Assembly: GCA_012729405.1 (NCBI GenBank)
Contig: JAAYDH010000020.1
Location: forward strand, 1 to 57,482
Reading direction: 5' to 3'
Source: Erysipelotrichaceae bacterium
Lineage (GTDB): Bacteria > Bacillota_I > Bacilli_A > RFN20 > CAG-826
Length of the DNA: 57,482 bases
In this document: positions 56,635-57,482 of the stretch, piece by piece
Layout of the letters: each line of letters starts with the position of its first letter
Position numbering within the stretch: the stretch's first letter is position 1
Notes under the pieces: generated by a model
What the model was told of the DNA's origin: nothing
The model's input: the letters and a program-made list of their open reading frames with translations, nothing else
Database searches by the model: none
Made by a program: the position numbers and the translations under genes

Positions 56635-57075
56635 ATGCAACGTCAAACTACAATTGCAAAAACAGAAGAAATCCAAAGAAAATGGTATGTCATTGATGCA
56701 ACCGACAAACCATTAGGTAGATTATGCTCGCAAATCGCACAAGTATTAATCGGTAAAAATAAACCAATCTGGACTCCTAACGTCGACTGCGGTGACTATG
56801 TCATCGTCATCAACGCGGAGAAAGTTGGATTAAGTGGCGATAAACTTCACACAAAGAAATACTACAATGTTTCGATGTATCCCGGTGGACTCCGCACCAG
56901 AACAGCGGAAGTCATGATTAACAAATATCCAACCGAAATGATTGAAAGATGCGTTCACGGAATGTGTCCAAAAGGCCGCTTAGGTCGTCAAATCGAGAAA
57001 AAATTATTTGTTTACGCAGGCGCCGATCACAAACATGAAGCTCAAAAACCAGAAGTTCTTGAGCTCAAATTCTAG
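56635..57075 (+). CDS. rplM: 50S ribosomal protein L13
   Basis: 146 aa with [14 protein letters not shown] near the N-terminus. The RBS is aaaggagg. Confidence 0.97.
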   Translation: MQRQTTIAKTEEIQRKWYVIDATDKPLGRLCSQIAQVLIGKNKPIWTPNVDCGDYVIVINAEKVGLSGDKLHTKKYYNVSMYPGGLRTRTAEVMINKYPTEMIERCVHGMCPKGRLGRQIEKKLFVYAGADHKHEAQKPEVLELKF

Positions 57076-57089
57076 GAGGAAATTGAATT

Positions 57090-57482
57090 ATGGCAAAAAA
57101 AGCTGATCTTCAATATTACGGCACAGGAAGAAGAAAATCTTCTATCGCTCGCGTATTCGTCACTTCTGGAACTGGCAAAATCATCGTTAATGGTCGTGAT
57201 GTCAACGAATACATGCCTTATGAGACATTAGTTACCGACTTAAAGCAACCCCTCGTCCTCACTGAAACAGAGAGCAAATACGATGTTCGTGCGGATGTTA
57301 AGGGTGGCGGATTCACTGGCCAAGCCGGTGCGATCAGACTCGGTATCGCTCGTGCCTTATTAGAACCTGGATGTAGCCGCTCCGCCTTAAAAGTGGTGGG
57401 CATGCTCACTCGTGATCCTCGCTCCAAAGAGAGAAAGAAATACGGTCTCAAAGCCGCACGGAGAGCTCCGCAATTCAGCAAA
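57090..57482 (+). CDS. rpsI: 30S ribosomal protein S9 (3' end truncated by the window edge)
   Basis: Hand translation from ATG 57090 (RBS taggagg) gives [22 protein letters not shown]...RRAPQFSK. The window ends one or two codons before the expected stop. Confidence 0.93.
   Translation, partial: MAKKADLQYYGTGRRKSSIARVFVTSGTGKIIVNGRDVNEYMPYETLVTDLKQPLVLTETESKYDVRADVKGGGFTGQAGAIRLGIARALLEPGCSRSALKVVGMLTRDPRSKERKKYGLKAARRAPQFSK

Overview
This 57.5 kb window is almost entirely conserved chromosomal core from a low-GC Bacillota- or Mollicutes-related bacterium. That lineage guess rests on gene order, missing rpmD and long ribosomal-protein tails, and I could not confirm it without a database. The standard genetic code applies: UGA is a stop, and RF2 is present with its classic +1 frameshift.

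Gene content, left to right:
- rpiB, comFA-comFC, secA, prfB, a YitT-like membrane protein, uvrB and secG.
- An unknown 6-TM protein, an M29 aminopeptidase, and a Y-family polymerase with a YolD-like partner.
- rmuC overlapping an alkaline-phosphatase-fold phosphodiesterase, then a lone tRNA-Ala(CGC) followed by a short region with an orphan winged-helix gene.
- Ferritin, a CBS protein, an Sfp-type PPTase, and the pepT / nucleoside hydrolase / rbsK operon.
- A kinase-like hypothetical gene coupled to prs.
- A queuosine salvage cluster (queT-tgt-queA-queH) preceded by a candidate preQ1-I riboswitch.
- The complete S10-spc-alpha ribosomal superoperon (rpsJ to rplQ, including secY, adk, map, infA, rpmJ and rpoA), which lacks rpmD.
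- A redox block: a 2-enoate reductase-like flavoenzyme divergent from a two-subunit aconitase-X dehydratase, then a trimeric HydABC-type [FeFe] hydrogenase.
- cysS-rlmB and a SigH-like sigma factor, ecfA1-ecfA2-ecfT-truA, yebC, and rplM-rpsI (rpsI runs off the window end).

I found no transposase, integrase, CRISPR array, rRNA or recognisable defence system, and I cannot support a wholly new multi-gene system from sequence alone.

The leads most worth a second look are:
1. The divergent enoate-reductase / AcnX pair of unknown substrate, next to HydABC.
2. A non-canonical H-cluster L1 motif (TSCSPGW instead of TSCCPxW) in HydA.
3. Long low-complexity terminal extensions on six ribosomal proteins.
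4. A perfect anti-SD hairpin locking the RBS of the SigH-like gene.
5. Two candidate leaderless genes.
6. The preQ1 riboswitch candidate.

All calls come from reading the ORF translations and the DNA by eye. No searches or folding calculations were run.
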